64,000 bases of DNA. It comes from Tubulanus polymorphus (Eukaryota; Animalia; Nemertea). Numbering within the stretch: position 1 is the first letter of the stretch; each line of letters opens with the position of its first letter. The DNA lies in contig NC_134027.1 of the NCBI RefSeq assembly GCF_964204645.1, positions 17,322,560-17,386,559 on the forward strand, written 5' to 3'. The translations under genes were made by a program, and so were the position numbers. The notes under the pieces are model-generated. The model made no database searches. It had not been told where the DNA came from and was given only the letters and a program-made list of their open reading frames with translations. This document shows, one piece after another, positions 61,328 through 64,000 of the stretch.

Positions 61328-63080
61328 ATAGATCTTTTACAAATATTGATGCTACACCAAACTTAATGCCTTTTACACTTTTTTATATTCATTGCAATTT
61401 AATTGGCCCTACAAAGACATTTGAAGCAACTAAAGATACAATTTGTAATTCTGGTTTATTGAATATTTTACTATTGAAGAATGTTAAAGAATTTGGAACA
61501 CAAATAAATTGTTATTTAGCTGAGTGTGATTTCAAACCATGCATTCCTCAATTTAATAATTTTAGATTGGAAATTAGAAATCATAATGGATATTTAATTT
61601 ATTTGAATAATTTTCCTGTAATTTATGAATTAGTTATAAGTTGTAAGGAGTAATTTTTTTGATATATAAATGAATATAACTGTTGGAGCGAGTATATGTT
61701 TTGGGTTTGATTTTAAACATGGTAAAGAAATGAGGATTAAACTAAATGATGTAATTACTGATATAAAAAGTAAATCATTTAACAATGCATCAATGATTAA
61801 TAAAGGAAATTATAATATAGAAAAAGTAATTGATTTAATCAAAACACCTTTAGAATGTTATGAATGAAATGAAGATGGAATTATCGATGATATTAAAAAT
61901 ATATTATCTAAAATATGTGATAATCATAAAAGTAGTAAAATGTTGAAATAATCATAAATAAGATAACTAAATATTTTGAAGAAGGTTATTTTTTTGATAA
62001 ATAAATGTGTGATAATAAGTGGATAATAACTGGTTTATATAATGGAGCATTACTATCAGTTGGAACTGTTGGTTATACAATGGTATTAGTAAAAAAGGTA
62101 TTGGTAAAAAAGTATTTAGAATGGGAAGTGTTAATGTTGATAGATTTGATATCAATGATATCTTAAAATTAACATTAGCAGTTACTTTATCTAATTTAAC
62201 AATTGATTATTTAGAAAAACAAAAATATATTCCTCCTATATAAATGCGTAATTTTTTACTAAATAAATGGCATCTGCAATTATAACTATTATAGGATCAG
62301 CAATTGTTAACGCTTTAGCATTTACTCGTGGTGGGTATTTATTTAAGCATATTGATAAAAATAGTTCATTAGGAGAACAAAGAAGTCATAACTTAGCATT
62401 AGAGAAATATAATAAAGCTGCAGAAGAATATAGAGTAAAAATACAAAATTATATGGATTATATCAATAAAGGATTATATAATCAAAAATTACACAGATTT
62501 TCAATCAGTCGATGAAGCTATGAGTTTATATAATGCAGTAACAAATAAAGAAAAATTACATTTATATAAACTTAATTATCAGATTATTATACACCAAGTA
62601 GTGAACAACAAAAATATGAAATAATTTGGATTTTAGGTGGAACAGTTATTTTTATATTTGTAGCATGTAAATTTACGAATTAGTAATTTTTTTCTAAATA
62701 AATGGGTGATAAAGTTGATAATAATGATATTATTCCACATGATATAGATAAAACTAAATTAAAATCATATTTGGAAAAACAAATATTAGAATTTGAAAAT
62801 GATTTAAAAATTAAAAGAAAAAATATATTTAAAAAGTAAAATTATATATCATTTTACTATTAGTAGTTCAGTTACAAATAGTTCTGTAATAACATTTCTA
62901 GCATCATTCTCGCTATTAACACCTTAAGCTATCTCAATTGGAGCTTTAGGTTTAAGTTCAAGTGTTTTAACCGGAATAAGTTCAAAATTACATATGAAAA
63001 GTTATAAAGAAAAAATAAAATCTAATATAAAAGAAATTGATAAATTAAAAAATACACTAGATTATATTATAAAACTTAAT
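61328..63080 (+). pseudogene. Copy D capsid-arm remnants: penton 3' half, 113-aa, 73-aa, MASA and two-TM genes
   Basis: Collinear with 39770-38030 (reverse strand) and 13828-15580. Confidence 0.85.
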
Positions 63081-63825
63081 ATTGGGCTCTGTGATTATGA
63101 TATAACTGCACATGTAGCGGGAGATTTGGCATACGACGTTATTTTAGGTATGGACTTTTTGATACCACAGGGAGTTATTATTGATTTAGGGGAAGGTACC
63201 GTACAATTCCCTGGTAGCGGTCCTCTGATATTACAGAAGCAATACGATCTTGTAAATGATGCCCAAATGCGTGTCAAAGAAACCACGGTAGTTCCACCTT
63301 TTTCAGAAATAGTCATACCGGCAAAAATATCACAATCCGTTTCAGATGGGACCGAATGCATAATTGAACCGAGTCTCAAATTACACAGAACAAATTTGAT
63401 TGGTGCTAAAGTCATTGCTTTAGTCAAGAAGAACTCAGTTCCATTTCGTATTTGCAATCCTACCGTTAAACCCGTGAAACTTTATAGAAACACAACACTT
63501 GGTCATCTATCTACAGGATCGTTTGACATCATAGATACAGATGTACAAAACGAATCAGCAAGTATACCGGGACCCAACATTTGTAATCTTAATTGTCAGC
63601 CTTGGAACCTGAAGTATAAAGACCCACCTGACGTCGACCTAGGTAAATCGCAACTTTCAGGCTCAGAGAAACAGCGTCTGCGTAAACTTCTCTTGAAGTA
63701 CCGTGACGTTTTCGCCAATAGTGATGACGAACTGGGTCATTCAACGTTAATAGAACATCATATCGATGTCCAAGGCCACCCTCCTATCAGGCAACGAGCC
63801 TATCGACCGGTTCCTGAACTTCGCT
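63081..63825 (+). mobile_element. Second Gypsy pol fragment (protease C-terminus to pre-RT linker)
   Basis: YDVILGMDFL, TTVVPPFSE, LLLKYRDVFA, H.IDVQGHPPIRQRAYR; same region as 50930-50268 but divergent. Confidence 0.8.
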
Positions 63826-63935
63826 GAAAAAGCTGAAACACTGAAAAGCTGAAACGCTGAAATAAAAACGCTGAAATTTCAGGGAATTTCCGAAAAACGC
63901 CGAAATTTCAGGGAATTCCCGAAAAACGCTGAAAT
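63823..63935. repeat. Short tandem repeats (AAAACGCTGAAATTTCAGGGAATT), probably transposon subterminal
   Basis: GCTGAAA recurs about 7 times; 29-bp unit repeated. Confidence 0.6.
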
Positions 63936-64000
63936 CGTGCTAGGTACCGACAATACACGTTTTGAAATTTTTTCCGGGCCGGTGTCCGCTGACGAGTCCT

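Larger units (their letters stand above)
54715..63080 (+). mobile_element. Polinton-like copy D (PolB 5' part and capsid-arm genes), interrupted by BEL/Pao and truncated by a Gypsy fragment
   Basis: Genes homologous to, and in the same order as, 44628-37969 of copy C. Confidence 0.8.

Noticed and set aside
62994-63827. 277-aa ORF as a real Polinton-Gypsy fusion gene
   Set aside because: Chance in-frame junction of two fragments; the start codon arises from a mutation (AAT ATA to CAT ATG region) inside a pseudogene

Overview
Eukaryotic (most likely invertebrate) transposon-dense region with no recognisable host gene. It is dominated by four copies of one very AT-rich Polinton/Maverick-type endogenous DNA virus family: A 1-10350, B 12818-~22737, C 27220-45113 (near complete, 17.9 kb, TIRs at both ends) and D ~54715-63080. 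The family encodes protein-primed PolB, rve integrase with chromodomain, A32-like packaging ATPase, major and minor capsid proteins, an HNH nuclease and several membrane proteins; no protease was recognised. Copy C lies inside a minus-strand Gypsy LTR retrotransposon (5' LTR 54536-52563, tRNA-Leu PBS, gag-pol, an extra Zn-finger ORF, PPT, 3' LTR 26788-24080) that also carries two non-autonomous DNA transposons. A BEL/Pao pol interrupts copy D; LINE and Gypsy fragments are also present. Most notable: (1) nearly all viral genes start at TAAATG behind a T-run or A-run, the architecture of poxvirus late/intermediate promoters, suggesting a helper-dependent, virophage-like element; (2) each terminus is itself a 140-405 bp fold-back hairpin whose stems change symmetrically between subfamilies; (3) two genome arrangements in which the ~13 kb internal segment is inverted relative to PolB; (4) hypervariable cassettes within otherwise near-identical genes. 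All protein family assignments are from motif recognition by eye; no database searches were run.
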